From sequence record OX090893: DNA of 64,000 nt, one strand, 5' to 3'. Of the stretch, positions 54,520 through 64,000 are shown piece after piece. A model generated the notes under the pieces. That model did not search any database. It worked only from the letters and a program-made list of their open reading frames with translations, and had not been told where the DNA came from. Position 1 is the stretch's first letter. Every line of letters starts with the position of its first letter. The position numbers were made by a program, and so were the translations under genes. Source of the DNA: Escherichia phage vB_Eco_PATM.

Positions 54520-56933
54520 TGGCGAATTTTCCAACATATCCTGCTACGACACTAGAACAAGGTGTTGATCTGGTTATATTCTCGTCTAACCAGATGCATG
54601 ATGTTATTAATGGGGATGCTACAGCAACTGTAGAAACCGAAACAGGTTTAATACCTACACTGCGTAAAGCACTTGTTGATAACTTCTTCTTTAAGAGTCC
54701 TGTTGCTTGGTCAGCAGGATCAACTGAAACTGTATTTAACCAGTTACGTTATTTTGAAAACGGTATCTTGAGTGGGTACTATTATGCTCCATCTGCCACT
54801 ACTGCGAACCCTGTACCTATGCAGGGTACACCTGTAGGAGACAGTAACTGGACTCTGTACGCTCTTAAAACTGAACAGTTAGCTTCAGATGTGTATCCTT
54901 GGTATTTTAAAGGTGCTACAGGATATGAAACAGAAATCAGTCCTCCTTATATCTTTGATAATGCTATTGTCACCATTAACGGTGTAATTCAGATTCAGGG
55001 TGAAGCATTTACTATCAAAGATAGTAAAATTATTCTGGCAGAACCATTAGGTTTAGATCCGTCTACTGGTCTACCTAACAAATTGTTTGCTTTTATTGGT
55101 AAAACAACAGCCTCTACTTCTTACGTAGAGAAAAACCTTTTGTCATCTACCACTGGTGCAGCAATGGTTGGTCTTCCATCTGGAGGCAACCTGTTACAAG
55201 CTCAATACTTTGTAACGCCTGAGCAGTTTGGTGCAATTGGTGATGGAGTTACCGATGATACTCAAGCAATTTTAAAAACCATTACTTTCGCTAACACGAA
55301 TAACATTCAAGTACGTGCAGATAAGAATTATAGATTCACAAGCTCAATTGCTATGTCTGGTATTCGTTGGTATGGTGGTACATTCACTGGTAACGGTGGA
55401 ACAATGATTTCTACTGTATCCTGCTGGATTGAAAACGTTCGCTTTGAAAAATGTTATGTTAAGATGTTAGGTGGGGATTGCCGATTCTATCGTAATATCT
55501 TCTCCAACGCAACATCTACAGCAGCATTCTTAATGCAAGCAATGACAAGTGAAGGTACGTTGGACTTCAGTTACAACGAAATGTATGGTTGTAAATATGC
55601 GATCCTGCAACAAGGTACTGGAGAAGTAATGACCTATGGGCGTTACTCTAACAACTATATTCACGATATCAAAGGTGATGCTATTGAACTTAACGTAGTT
55701 CAAAAGCACTACACTGAAGGTTTGATTATCGAGAATAACCACATTGCTAACGTAGATGCTTCTGGACAAGGTGCAAACTGGGGTATTGGTATTGGTGTAG
55801 CAGGTAGTGGCCCATATGGTGTTGATGTTCCTGATTCACAATATGTACGTAATTTCAGTATCATTGGGAATAGGGTTTACAATTGCCGCCAATGTTTACA
55901 CGTTGAAATGGGTAAAAACTTCACAATACGTGATAATGAAGTTTATCCTAACACAGCAGTTTCAACAGGTACAGGTTTAACTACTTGTGGTGTTGCATTA
56001 TACGGATGCCAAGACTTTGAAGTTGATGGTTTAACTGGTTATCTGCTTAATGATCCGTCTGTTTCAACACGCATGGTCTTTATTGACTGGGGTGTTAACA
56101 GTGGAAGATATGCGGGGCCACCAATTAACTTTACAATTAAGAATTTGGATATTCCAGAATCTTCAATTGAGATTGCAACGGCTGGATCAGATGCCTGGGA
56201 AAACTCTACAATTGTTAGTAATATCAATTGTAATGTTTTTAAATGGCGTGGACTACCATCTAGCTCTACCTTTAATAACATTCGTTGCCGTAGTATTGAC
56301 TTTATTGGTCAACATGGAAGCGGAGAAGGAAGTGGTGGCGGTTTCTATACTCGCAGCCAATTCACGTATATGAAGTGGGTAGGATGTACAGCACTTAGCG
56401 GAGATGAAACAACAGTTTCTTTTGCTAAAATCTACACTGATCGTTGCGATCAGGTTGGAAATAACTTTGGTGTTCCAACTGCTGTTGATGGTACAGGTCA
56501 TCGTGGGCCAGTTTTAACTACTATTTCTGAACAATATTTTACAGCTTATGATGAATTCCCAGGTGGGCGTGAATTCCCTACTGGAACAGTTATTCATTGT
56601 GCAAGCGGTAAAAAACATGTTGTTACAGTAGGTGGTGCTTTCTTTAGTAATAACGAGAAAATAAAAGCAACTGTTACAGGTCAAACCTATCTACAGTCTA
56701 ATGCTTTAAACTGGGCTAGTAATGGCTACGCTAAAGCAGCAGGTACTAAGATTGTTATTCCAGGTGCAGGTGCAAATGGCGGCGATCTTGTGACAACTAT
56801 AGCACGTGCTACATATGTGACAAATAGTTTGTACACAATAGATATTGCAGATCCAATTGTAACACCTACAGCAGAGAATACACAAATTAAAGCTCTGAAT
56901 CCTGTTACTTTTGTTACTGTCAATAATGCTTAA
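54519..56933 (+). CDS. Tailspike-like protein with right-handed beta-helix (probable depolymerase) domain
   Basis: 804 aa; repetitive Gly/Asn/Val-rich segments (NNHIANVDASGQGANWGIGIGVAGSG ... IIGNRVYNC ...) typical of parallel beta-helix folds. Confidence 0.55.
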   Translation: MANFPTYPATTLEQGVDLVIFSSNQMHDVINGDATATVETETGLIPTLRKALVDNFFFKSPVAWSAGSTETVFNQLRYFENGILSGYYYAPSATTANPVPMQGTPVGDSNWTLYALKTEQLASDVYPWYFKGATGYETEISPPYIFDNAIVTINGVIQIQGEAFTIKDSKIILAEPLGLDPSTGLPNKLFAFIGKTTASTSYVEKNLLSSTTGAAMVGLPSGGNLLQAQYFVTPEQFGAIGDGVTDDTQAILKTITFANTNNIQVRADKNYRFTSSIAMSGIRWYGGTFTGNGGTMISTVSCWIENVRFEKCYVKMLGGDCRFYRNIFSNATSTAAFLMQAMTSEGTLDFSYNEMYGCKYAILQQGTGEVMTYGRYSNNYIHDIKGDAIELNVVQKHYTEGLIIENNHIANVDASGQGANWGIGIGVAGSGPYGVDVPDSQYVRNFSIIGNRVYNCRQCLHVEMGKNFTIRDNEVYPNTAVSTGTGLTTCGVALYGCQDFEVDGLTGYLLNDPSVSTRMVFIDWGVNSGRYAGPPINFTIKNLDIPESSIEIATAGSDAWENSTIVSNINCNVFKWRGLPSSSTFNNIRCRSIDFIGQHGSGEGSGGGFYTRSQFTYMKWVGCTALSGDETTVSFAKIYTDRCDQVGNNFGVPTAVDGTGHRGPVLTTISEQYFTAYDEFPGGREFPTGTVIHCASGKKHVVTVGGAFFSNNEKIKATVTGQTYLQSNALNWASNGYAKAAGTKIVIPGAGANGGDLVTTIARATYVTNSLYTIDIADPIVTPTAENTQIKALNPVTFVTVNNA

Positions 56934-56935
56934 TT

Positions 56936-56960
56936 AAAAAGGGGCGAAAGCCCCTTTATA
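56936..56960 (+). terminator. Rho-independent terminator
   Basis: GGGGC-GAAA-GCCCC hairpin followed by TTTAT. Confidence 0.5.
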
Positions 56961-56974
56961 AAAGGAGTAGTAAA

Positions 56975-58936
56975 GTGATTTTAACACGTCCAAATAGTGC
57001 CATTGCAGACATGGTAGAGTCTCGCTATAGAAAGCGTAGAAGTTTTGCAAGTGGTTTTACCTTAAGAGATGCTCGTGAAGCATTGCTCTTTGAAGCTGAC
57101 GGTAACTACTATCAGTGGAAAGGTTCTCTACCTAAAGTTGTACCTGCTAACTCTACTCCTACATCTACTGGAGGGATTTCAGATACAGCTTGGAAAAATG
57201 TGGGTAATGCAGATGACATTGCTCAAATAGAATCAGAATTAGATGCTATTGAAGCTGAAATTGAAGATCTTAGAGAATCCATCCCAGAAGCTGGTAAATC
57301 AGCTTACCAGATTGCCGTAGACAATGGTTTCCAAGGTACTGAGACACAGTGGTTGGCTTCTTTAAAAGGTGATCCAGGTGCTCCATTAAAGCTACTAGGG
57401 ACGCTATCTAATACCAACCAATTACCTACAACTGGAAACAATGCAGGGGATGCATGGATTGTAGGCGAGAATATGTATGCTTGGGATGGTACTGCTTGGA
57501 GAAAAGTAAACTCACAGGGGCCAGAAGGTAAATCTGCTTATGAAGTATGGCTTGCAGCAGGAAATGAAGGTACAGAACTAGATTATCTTGCTTCAATTAA
57601 AGGTGATAAAGGGGAGCCTGGCCCAGAGGGGCCACAAGGTGTGCCAGGTAACAATGCTAATGGTTTTGATTACCAAGGTGCAGCCAATTCCGTTTCAGAT
57701 CTTCCTTCTGCATCTCCTGGAAACACATCTCAAGCATGGAGTGTTGGTACATATCTATACGTGTCAAACGGTGTAGAATGGATCAATATGGGTGCTATAG
57801 TGGGGCCAAAAGGAGATAAAGGCGACAAAGGAGATAAGGGTAACACTGGTGATTCCGCTTATCAAGTCTGGTTAAACGCTGGTAACGTTGGTACTATTGA
57901 CGAATATATTGCCTCTCTGAAAGGAGAAAAAGGTGATAAGGGAGACAAGGGTGATCAAGGTGAACAGGGTATACAAGGCTTAACGGGGCCAACTGGTGCA
58001 GGGTTGACCATTATTGATATTCTGACTAGCACTTCTGAACTACCGCAAAGTGGAGAAGATGGTGATGGTTATCTGATCAATAATGAACTTTGGGTTTGGT
58101 TGCAAGGAGCCACACAGTGGACAAATGTTGGTCGTTTAGCTGGTACTCCAATCACTGCAAAAGGACACGTTGCATCTGCAAGTGCACTTCCTCCTACAGC
58201 CAATTACGGTGATGCTTATCTGACGGAAGATACAGGTCATCTTTACATTTACACCTATGATGAACAAACTCAAACTGCTGAATATGTAGATATGGGTAGT
58301 TTGAAAGGTGATAAGGGTGAGAAAGGTGACGCTGGTACTAACGGTACAGATGGTGCAACTTGGATTGTTAAAACAACAGATCCAATCTCTAGTGATGGTA
58401 AACAAGGGGATTATGCCTTTAATATCTCCACTGGCGAGGTGTTCTTAAAAACATCTGCAACTGTCTGGACTTCTCAAGGTACACTACCTAGCATTACAGA
58501 TGCACCTAGTGATGGTAAAATTTATGCTCGTAAAGATGGAGCATGGGAAGAACTCACTAGTTCTGTAGATGGTCAAGATATAGTTCCAACAAAAGTAACA
58601 ACTAATTTTATAGAGGTTACAGCATATACCAACGATTCTGTTACAGGGGACTGGACACCTCCAGGAACACATAACATGAATGTGTTGAATCTTACTGGTA
58701 ACTCTACTATAAAAGCATGGCCTGGTGTCGAAGATAGTACAAAACCTAAACCATTCTCTGCGATAGTTTATCTTATCCAAGATGCCACTGGAGGTCGTAC
58801 TGTTACTTTAGATCCATCTTATAAAGTAATTGGTTCTAGTGATATTAATACAGATCCTAACGGAGTAACAATACTACAACTAACATATTGTGGTGTTGGC
58901 AATTACGTGGATGCTATTGTTGCTAAACGCACATAA
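56975..58936 (+). CDS. Tail fibre protein with collagen-like G-X-Y repeats (GTG start)
   Basis: 653 aa; GPKGDKGDKGDKGNTGDSAY and KGEKGDKGDKGDQGEQGIQGLTGPTGAG collagen-like runs, each followed by SAYQ-W-GN-GT-Y-AS-KG repeat units. Confidence 0.6.
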   Translation: MILTRPNSAIADMVESRYRKRRSFASGFTLRDAREALLFEADGNYYQWKGSLPKVVPANSTPTSTGGISDTAWKNVGNADDIAQIESELDAIEAEIEDLRESIPEAGKSAYQIAVDNGFQGTETQWLASLKGDPGAPLKLLGTLSNTNQLPTTGNNAGDAWIVGENMYAWDGTAWRKVNSQGPEGKSAYEVWLAAGNEGTELDYLASIKGDKGEPGPEGPQGVPGNNANGFDYQGAANSVSDLPSASPGNTSQAWSVGTYLYVSNGVEWINMGAIVGPKGDKGDKGDKGNTGDSAYQVWLNAGNVGTIDEYIASLKGEKGDKGDKGDQGEQGIQGLTGPTGAGLTIIDILTSTSELPQSGEDGDGYLINNELWVWLQGATQWTNVGRLAGTPITAKGHVASASALPPTANYGDAYLTEDTGHLYIYTYDEQTQTAEYVDMGSLKGDKGEKGDAGTNGTDGATWIVKTTDPISSDGKQGDYAFNISTGEVFLKTSATVWTSQGTLPSITDAPSDGKIYARKDGAWEELTSSVDGQDIVPTKVTTNFIEVTAYTNDSVTGDWTPPGTHNMNVLNLTGNSTIKAWPGVEDSTKPKPFSAIVYLIQDATGGRTVTLDPSYKVIGSSDINTDPNGVTILQLTYCGVGNYVDAIVAKRT

Positions 58937-58938
58937 TC

Positions 58939-58965
58939 AAAGCCCCTTCGGGGGCTTATTATTTA
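58939..58965 (+). terminator. Rho-independent terminator
   Basis: AGCCCC-TTCG-GGGGCT hairpin followed by TATTATTT. Confidence 0.55.
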
Positions 58966-58975
58966 AGGAGATTAA

Positions 58976-61795
58976 ATGTATCCTATTCCTTTATTTATGT
59001 CAACAACATCAGCTTCAGTAGTAACAGCTACATCTATAACCACTTCCTCTATTGGTATTGCAATAGTTGGTAGTAAAAAGCAACTGACATACACAGTTTC
59101 ACCGGAAGATGGTGCGTTATTTGATATAGCTTTTTCATCTTCAGATAATACCAAAATGGTTATAGATAATAGTGGTATGATGGAGTTTGTTGCTGAAGGT
59201 GGTTTTGATGCAATAATGACAGCTAAAAATAATTTAGGTGCTGTCTTAACTGATCAATCTGGTGGTTATGCTTCAGAATTAAGTGTGTACACTGAAAGTC
59301 TATCTGCTATGGATGTAGGCACTACTCAACAGTTGGTTGCTACAATCAGTCCAGAAGGTGCTAAAGACCTTCCAGATATGGTAATTACGTATACCACAAC
59401 AGATCCAGAAGTAGCTACTGTAAGCCCTACAGGATTAATAACTGCTCTTAAAGATGGTAATTGCCGTATAGGTTGTACTGCAACGTATCAAGGAACAGTT
59501 GTGGCCTCTGATAGTTCTTATTTAGGTGTTAATGCTATTCCTGTTATTTCTAATGTAACAGCCGTGGCAAACAGCTATGGAGACGTTCGTGTTGCTTGGG
59601 ATGTAGCTGATCCGCTAGATGGTGATACTTATACTGTAGAAGTATTAGATTTAAGTAATAACAGTGTTCAGTGGACTACAACAACCACGAATACTCATGC
59701 TTACTTTGATATCTCTGACTCTATTCCTCTTTATGGGTTTGCTCCAACATACCTTAAAATTAGCGTTAAGAGCACCAAAGCAGCACCTGTTATCTTTAAT
59801 AACTCAATAGCTACAGATGATTCGTTCATTAAAGAAGTTATTGTCTTTGCTGGACAAGATAACGTAAATGCGCACTTTACAGAATTGTCTGGTGCAAATA
59901 AAGCAGCAATGAGTAGCACAACAGCCCGTAATGCATATGCTACGCAACGTGGTTTAGCAAATGCTGAAGTTCTTCCGTTAAATACAGCTTCTGGATCATC
60001 AGCAGCAGATAAATATGCTGACGATAAAGCAGGAACAGGTACACCAGACAACTACTGGTATGATCTGGATAACACAGCAGATGGGCCATGCTTAACTAAC
60101 TTTATCACTAAAGTCACACCTTATGCAAGTAAGGTTAAAGCAATTATTTGGGGACAAGGTGAAAATGATGCTGTATCCGCATCTTCAACTGTTGCAGGTA
60201 GATACAGTAACACTACACGTTACCATGATGCTACGATAGCTATCTTTGATAAGATGCGTACAATAGTTCCTGCTTCTCAAGCAAAAATTGTTTGGCAGAT
60301 CCTAGGACGTTCTTATTTATATGGTGTAGAAGTTAATGGTGTGGATTGGCAGAAATACAGAAATGTACAAAGAACCATCTCTACAGCACGTGATGATGTT
60401 ATCATTGGTTCTTGGGTAGATGGTGCTGAACGTTACAGTGGCTATGTTTATGAAGAAGGTATTGATGGTCGTATCCATTATATTTCTTCTGTATACCAAA
60501 CAGCAGCTACAAAACTTGCTAAATCAGCAGCAGACGGTACAGACCTAACATCAACGTCACCTGTTTGGGTCGATATGGCTGTTCCAACTGGAGCAACAGC
60601 TACTTCCCAATCTAATCAAGATACAATTTTAGCATGGGATGCTCAAGGTTATAGTAAACACTACTTCCGTAATATTAACGTCTTAACAGCATCTGTATTA
60701 ACTGAACAAACACTTAATACGAACAGCTATACGTTTACCTATGCAGATCAAGTAGCACAATATGGTTTTGCAGCAGGAACTACTATATTTGATGTTGCAT
60801 ATTATGACGAAGCAAATGATGTGTTATCTCCTTTAGTACGTTTTAATGTTAACGTTACAGCAGGAACCGAAGAAGATAAACCTGTCGTGATGGACTATGA
60901 TTTGACGCAAGAAACTCTTCCATCAGATGTTAAGGTTAATGGTGGGAACTCTTTTGCTCGTACTTCTGGAGATACACTTGTAGCCACTAATACCTTGGTT
61001 GCTCCGTTGGAGTATGTTGGTACTACCCCTGTAGGCAGACGTGTAACAGCTAACACAGCTTCACAAATTTTTGTCAACAACGCCTTAACAAGTGCAAGTC
61101 CGTGGGTAAAGACCAACTTAACTGTTACAGCTTCATCTGATAACTCTCCGGCTGGAACTACTGCCAATGTATTCAAATTAACTCCGACTACAACATCTGG
61201 TAGTCATATTTTAACTGCAACATATACTAACGCGTATAACATATATGCCGGACGTAACTGGTCTGCCTCTGTTTTCTTGAAAGCGAACGGGATTACTAAG
61301 GCCAAACTAAGATTAAAAGCAGGAACTGAAGTTAATGAGGGTACTTTTGATTTAGCAGCAGGTACATTCGCAGGAAGTGAAGCTAATATTATATCTATGG
61401 GTAACGGTTGGTATCGTGCTATTCTGCATAAAACAGGGATAGCCAAACAGTCCTCCATAAGTTTTGAAATAATTGCCTTGGATGCGACTGGTGCGGAGAT
61501 TTTCGCTGGGGATGGTACTAGTAACCTTGCAGTTTGGTTGCCACAGCTTGAAGGTGCTCCTACAGGAGAAACATCAAAAGCCGGAGCGCCTTATGTCTGC
61601 ACATACCCTGGAAGTTTAGGAGGAGTATCCTTCACTATACCAAGGAACGGACATACTGGTGTGGATGTTTACTATTCCAACGGGGACGTTGTTCGTGACG
61701 TATTCTCTGGTACGGCATCTACTTGGACAATAAACTACTCCAGCTTGTACGATTGGGGATCAGTCTTTATTACAGGTTTGAAATATTACGACTAA
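58976..61795 (+). CDS. Tail fibre/receptor-binding protein with Ig-like (Big_2-type) domains and a putative SASA-type carbohydrate esterase domain
   Basis: 939 aa; Big_2-like VATVSPTGLITALKDGNCRIGCTA; esterase-like VIVFAGQDNVNAHF (GQSN-like) and IIWGQGENDA (QGE-x-D-like). Confidence 0.5.
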   Translation: MYPIPLFMSTTSASVVTATSITTSSIGIAIVGSKKQLTYTVSPEDGALFDIAFSSSDNTKMVIDNSGMMEFVAEGGFDAIMTAKNNLGAVLTDQSGGYASELSVYTESLSAMDVGTTQQLVATISPEGAKDLPDMVITYTTTDPEVATVSPTGLITALKDGNCRIGCTATYQGTVVASDSSYLGVNAIPVISNVTAVANSYGDVRVAWDVADPLDGDTYTVEVLDLSNNSVQWTTTTTNTHAYFDISDSIPLYGFAPTYLKISVKSTKAAPVIFNNSIATDDSFIKEVIVFAGQDNVNAHFTELSGANKAAMSSTTARNAYATQRGLANAEVLPLNTASGSSAADKYADDKAGTGTPDNYWYDLDNTADGPCLTNFITKVTPYASKVKAIIWGQGENDAVSASSTVAGRYSNTTRYHDATIAIFDKMRTIVPASQAKIVWQILGRSYLYGVEVNGVDWQKYRNVQRTISTARDDVIIGSWVDGAERYSGYVYEEGIDGRIHYISSVYQTAATKLAKSAADGTDLTSTSPVWVDMAVPTGATATSQSNQDTILAWDAQGYSKHYFRNINVLTASVLTEQTLNTNSYTFTYADQVAQYGFAAGTTIFDVAYYDEANDVLSPLVRFNVNVTAGTEEDKPVVMDYDLTQETLPSDVKVNGGNSFARTSGDTLVATNTLVAPLEYVGTTPVGRRVTANTASQIFVNNALTSASPWVKTNLTVTASSDNSPAGTTANVFKLTPTTTSGSHILTATYTNAYNIYAGRNWSASVFLKANGITKAKLRLKAGTEVNEGTFDLAAGTFAGSEANIISMGNGWYRAILHKTGIAKQSSISFEIIALDATGAEIFAGDGTSNLAVWLPQLEGAPTGETSKAGAPYVCTYPGSLGGVSFTIPRNGHTGVDVYYSNGDVVRDVFSGTASTWTINYSSLYDWGSVFITGLKYYD

Positions 61796-61797
61796 TA

Positions 61798-61828
61798 AAA
61801 AAGGAGCCATTAGGCTCCTTTTCTTTTA
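61798..61828. terminator. Bidirectional terminator hairpin between convergent genes
   Basis: AGGAGCC-ATTA-GGCTCCT stem-loop with A-run upstream and TTTCTTTT downstream. Confidence 0.6.
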
Positions 61829-61830
61829 TC

Positions 61831-62262
61831 TTAATCAGTGAAAATTACGCTTACATCTTCTTTAGAGAAGAGTTTATGATCTTCACCTTTTGTCTCAAGA
61901 GTTTCATACAGGTTAAGAAGTTCTGAAACATCTTTCTCTACTAGTTTCTTCAATGTTGCAATTTTCTGTTTGCGATTCTTAATACGTTCAGCTACAACCT
62001 TACGTTGGTATCCGGCAGTACGATAACCGGAGAAAGTTACACCAGTAAGACTTGCAGTTACAGGATCGTAGTGACGTTCAATCTGAAATTTATTAAAAGG
62101 TACAGCGTCATCACGAATAATCTTACCGCCATTACTTACTTGACGAAGACCAGTAACTTGTTCCAGTCGTGCCATAGAAATCTTTGGAGACAGACCAGAG
62201 TCCAAGTTCATACCGTTGTTAATCAGTGCCTTCAGGGTGATTTTGCTGTTCAGTGTACTCAT
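61831..62262 (-). CDS. Hypothetical protein (143 aa)
   Basis: ORF overlapping the methyltransferase 3' end by 44 nt. Confidence 0.45.
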   Translation of the reverse strand: MSTLNSKITLKALINNGMNLDSGLSPKISMARLEQVTGLRQVSNGGKIIRDDAVPFNKFQIERHYDPVTASLTGVTFSGYRTAGYQRKVVAERIKNRKQKIATLKKLVEKDVSELLNLYETLETKGEDHKLFSKEDVSVIFTD

Positions 62263-62950
62263 TTAGTCGTTCCTCCGCTTGATTAAAAATATTTACATCG
62301 GCTTCACAGCCTAAGTATTCTCTACCTGTTAAAAGTGCCGCAACTTGTGTTGTTGCACTTCCAGAGAAGAAGTCTAAGACTACATCTCCTTCGTTGGTAT
62401 GTATATTAATAAGGTCACAAAACAAAGTCAAGTGTTTTTGTGTTGGATGAAAACGATCTGCTCCTTGATAGATAGGATACTCAAACACACCCTTATGGTA
62501 GGAAGCATTGAAGGTTGGCTTCGAACCTTTAACACAAACAATAGCCATCTCTTTAGCATTACTAAGGTAGTTAACACCACTGTTGATGGGTACAGGGTTT
62601 GTTTTAATCCATTCAATAGTACGGAACATACGAAAACCAAGCGGTTCCAGGATTTCACGTAGCTCCTGGATCTTCCAGATATCATACCAAACTATGCAAG
62701 TACCACCTTTTCTAAGCACCCTGTAGGCTTCTTTGAATACTTCTTTAAAGTAAGGAATATCTACAACATCCCAATCACCGAAGTTGTAAGATACACGGAA
62801 TCTATCCGTATCTTTTCCAGTAGGCTCTCCAGACTGAAAATTTGTATCACGAGAAATAGCATATGGTGGGTCAGTAAGAATCAAATCTACACTATTGCTT
62901 TCGAGGGTTTGCAAGTAGTTTAATGCGGTGTTGTTTACAAATTCGCTCAT
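62219..62950 (-). CDS. DNA methyltransferase (DPPY class, N6-adenine or N4-cytosine)
   Basis: 243 aa; LILTDPPYA (motif IV) early and FFSGSATT (motif I) late, i.e. beta-class order. Confidence 0.75.
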   Translation of the reverse strand: MSEFVNNTALNYLQTLESNSVDLILTDPPYAISRDTNFQSGEPTGKDTDRFRVSYNFGDWDVVDIPYFKEVFKEAYRVLRKGGTCIVWYDIWKIQELREILEPLGFRMFRTIEWIKTNPVPINSGVNYLSNAKEMAIVCVKGSKPTFNASYHKGVFEYPIYQGADRFHPTQKHLTLFCDLINIHTNEGDVVLDFFSGSATTQVAALLTGREYLGCEADVNIFNQAEERLNEYTEQQNHPEGTD

Positions 62951-62965
62951 TATATCTCCTTCAAA

Positions 62966-62992
62966 GAAAAGGAGCCGTTAGGCTCCTTATAT
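62966..62992 (-). terminator. Terminator hairpin for the 63011-63958 gene
   Basis: AGGAGCC-GTTA-GGCTCCT stem-loop; minus-strand reading is followed by TTTCTTTG; nearly identical to the hairpin at 61802-61819. Confidence 0.5.
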
Positions 62993-63010
62993 TCACACAA
63001 TATTTAACTA

Positions 63011-63958
63011 TTAGAAACAGTGCAGGAAGTTTCGACCATACTGCAAACCAATAGGAGCAAATGGGATATCATCATCGAAATCTTGAACAACAGGTTCTGG
63101 TTCTTTCGGTGTTGGCTCTTTCTTCTCTACTTTTTTAGTTTCTTTCTTAACTTCTTGTACTGGGGTAGACATTCCACGGATAGCAGCAGCTACCTTATCA
63201 GACAAAGCAAGAACTTCACGAGCAGCTTCAATAATCTCTTCTGCCGTTACAGTTTTACCTGTATGATCACGACAAGCGTTAAGAATTGCGTGTCCAACTG
63301 AAGCACCAAGATCATAGTCAGTCACATCAACGCCACGATCTTTAGCAATTTCTGCTTTCAGAGTAACAGTTGCAGATTGTACCACACCAGCCAAGTCGAA
63401 AGCATCACCTTTCACACCAGCACGTAGAAGCTCCAGAGCGCCGTTTACAGCGTGTCCTGTTTCAATCCCTACGGTATCACGTTTTTTGTAGTTAGGCTTG
63501 CTACCGTCATTATTAGATGGCTTATTTCCACCTTTTGAAGAAGATTGTGCTTGCTGAACACCTTCTGTTGAAAGAATAGTGATTTTACCTTTAGAGGAAT
63601 TGTAGTATGTTTTGCCATTCCATTCAGAAGGTTTAACATCCATAGTTAGTTCTACACCTTTTTCGATAGTAACCCACTTATCACCATCTTTAACTTGCAG
63701 GTTTTCATGTTCTGGGTGCAGTTTAACTTCACCTAGGCTAACCCAAACACCTTTATCATCAGCACCAGCACCTTTCTCTTTAATAAGCAGAGATGCTTTG
63801 TGAGTTGATTCAATTTTCTTATCTGGCTGACCTGCAACCTTAATATAAGAGACTTTCATTTCATCAAACTTATCTAGTTTGACATATTCGACAATACCTT
63901 CAGCCCAGAATGCTTCTTTTTTAGTACGGCGGTCGATTTCAGAATTAATTACTGGCAT
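63011..63958 (-). CDS. Protein with SSB-type C-terminal acidic tail (DFDDDIPF); putative single-stranded DNA-binding protein
   Basis: 315 aa; Gly/Ser-rich linker then DFDDDIPF followed by 15 more residues; N-terminal domain not obviously like E. coli SSB. Confidence 0.45.
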   Translation of the reverse strand: MPVINSEIDRRTKKEAFWAEGIVEYVKLDKFDEMKVSYIKVAGQPDKKIESTHKASLLIKEKGAGADDKGVWVSLGEVKLHPEHENLQVKDGDKWVTIEKGVELTMDVKPSEWNGKTYYNSSKGKITILSTEGVQQAQSSSKGGNKPSNNDGSKPNYKKRDTVGIETGHAVNGALELLRAGVKGDAFDLAGVVQSATVTLKAEIAKDRGVDVTDYDLGASVGHAILNACRDHTGKTVTAEEIIEAAREVLALSDKVAAAIRGMSTPVQEVKKETKKVEKKEPTPKEPEPVVQDFDDDIPFAPIGLQYGRNFLHCF

Positions 63959-64000
63959 AAATTCTCCTCTATAATTACATTACTTTAACACAAAACTCTC

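Noticed and set aside
1-64000. Prophage integration, transposase or CRISPR features
   Set aside because: No integrase- or transposase-like ORF, no att-like long direct repeats at the ends, and no array of regularly spaced repeats; the only mobile-element-like features are the putative intein and the HNH gene.

Overview
The window looks like a contiguous segment of a virulent tailed-phage genome (contractile-tail myovirus type, AT-rich), with no host genes, no integrase and no CRISPR array. By gene content it resembles Felix O1-like enterobacterial phages, but that is inference from memory, not a search result. Layout: (1) 1-17934, a minus-strand early/nucleotide-metabolism and replication block (ribonucleotide reductase nrdA/nrdB, ThyX-like thymidylate synthase, thymidine kinase, two exonucleases, DNA ligase, a three-gene RNA-repair-like set of P-loop kinase, RNA-ligase-like enzyme and metallophosphoesterase, then many small unknown ORFs). 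(2) 17935-18344, an AT-rich divergent control region. (3) 18345-21043, a PRPP-synthetase-like plus NAMPT-like gene pair, consistent with a phage NAD+ reconstitution (NARP1-type) anti-defence pathway. (4) 21790-25106, a cluster of about 20 tRNA or tRNA-like genes with an embedded HNH endonuclease and several atypical tRNA-like elements. (5) 26232-26898, an overlapping spanin-like pair. (6) 26907-61795, the plus-strand morphogenesis block: large terminase with a putative mini-intein in its Walker A loop, portal, scaffold, major capsid, sheath, tube, chaperone pair with a TTTTTTC -1 frameshift site, tape measure, baseplate, and several fibre/spike proteins. (7) 61831-63958, minus-strand genes for a DPPY DNA methyltransferase and an SSB-tail protein. 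I did not find one clearly new multi-gene system; the strongest candidates for follow-up are the RNA-repair-like triad beside the tRNA island, the atypical tRNA-like elements, and the block of small unknown early ORFs. All calls rest on motif reading and gene order by eye; no database search or folding was run.
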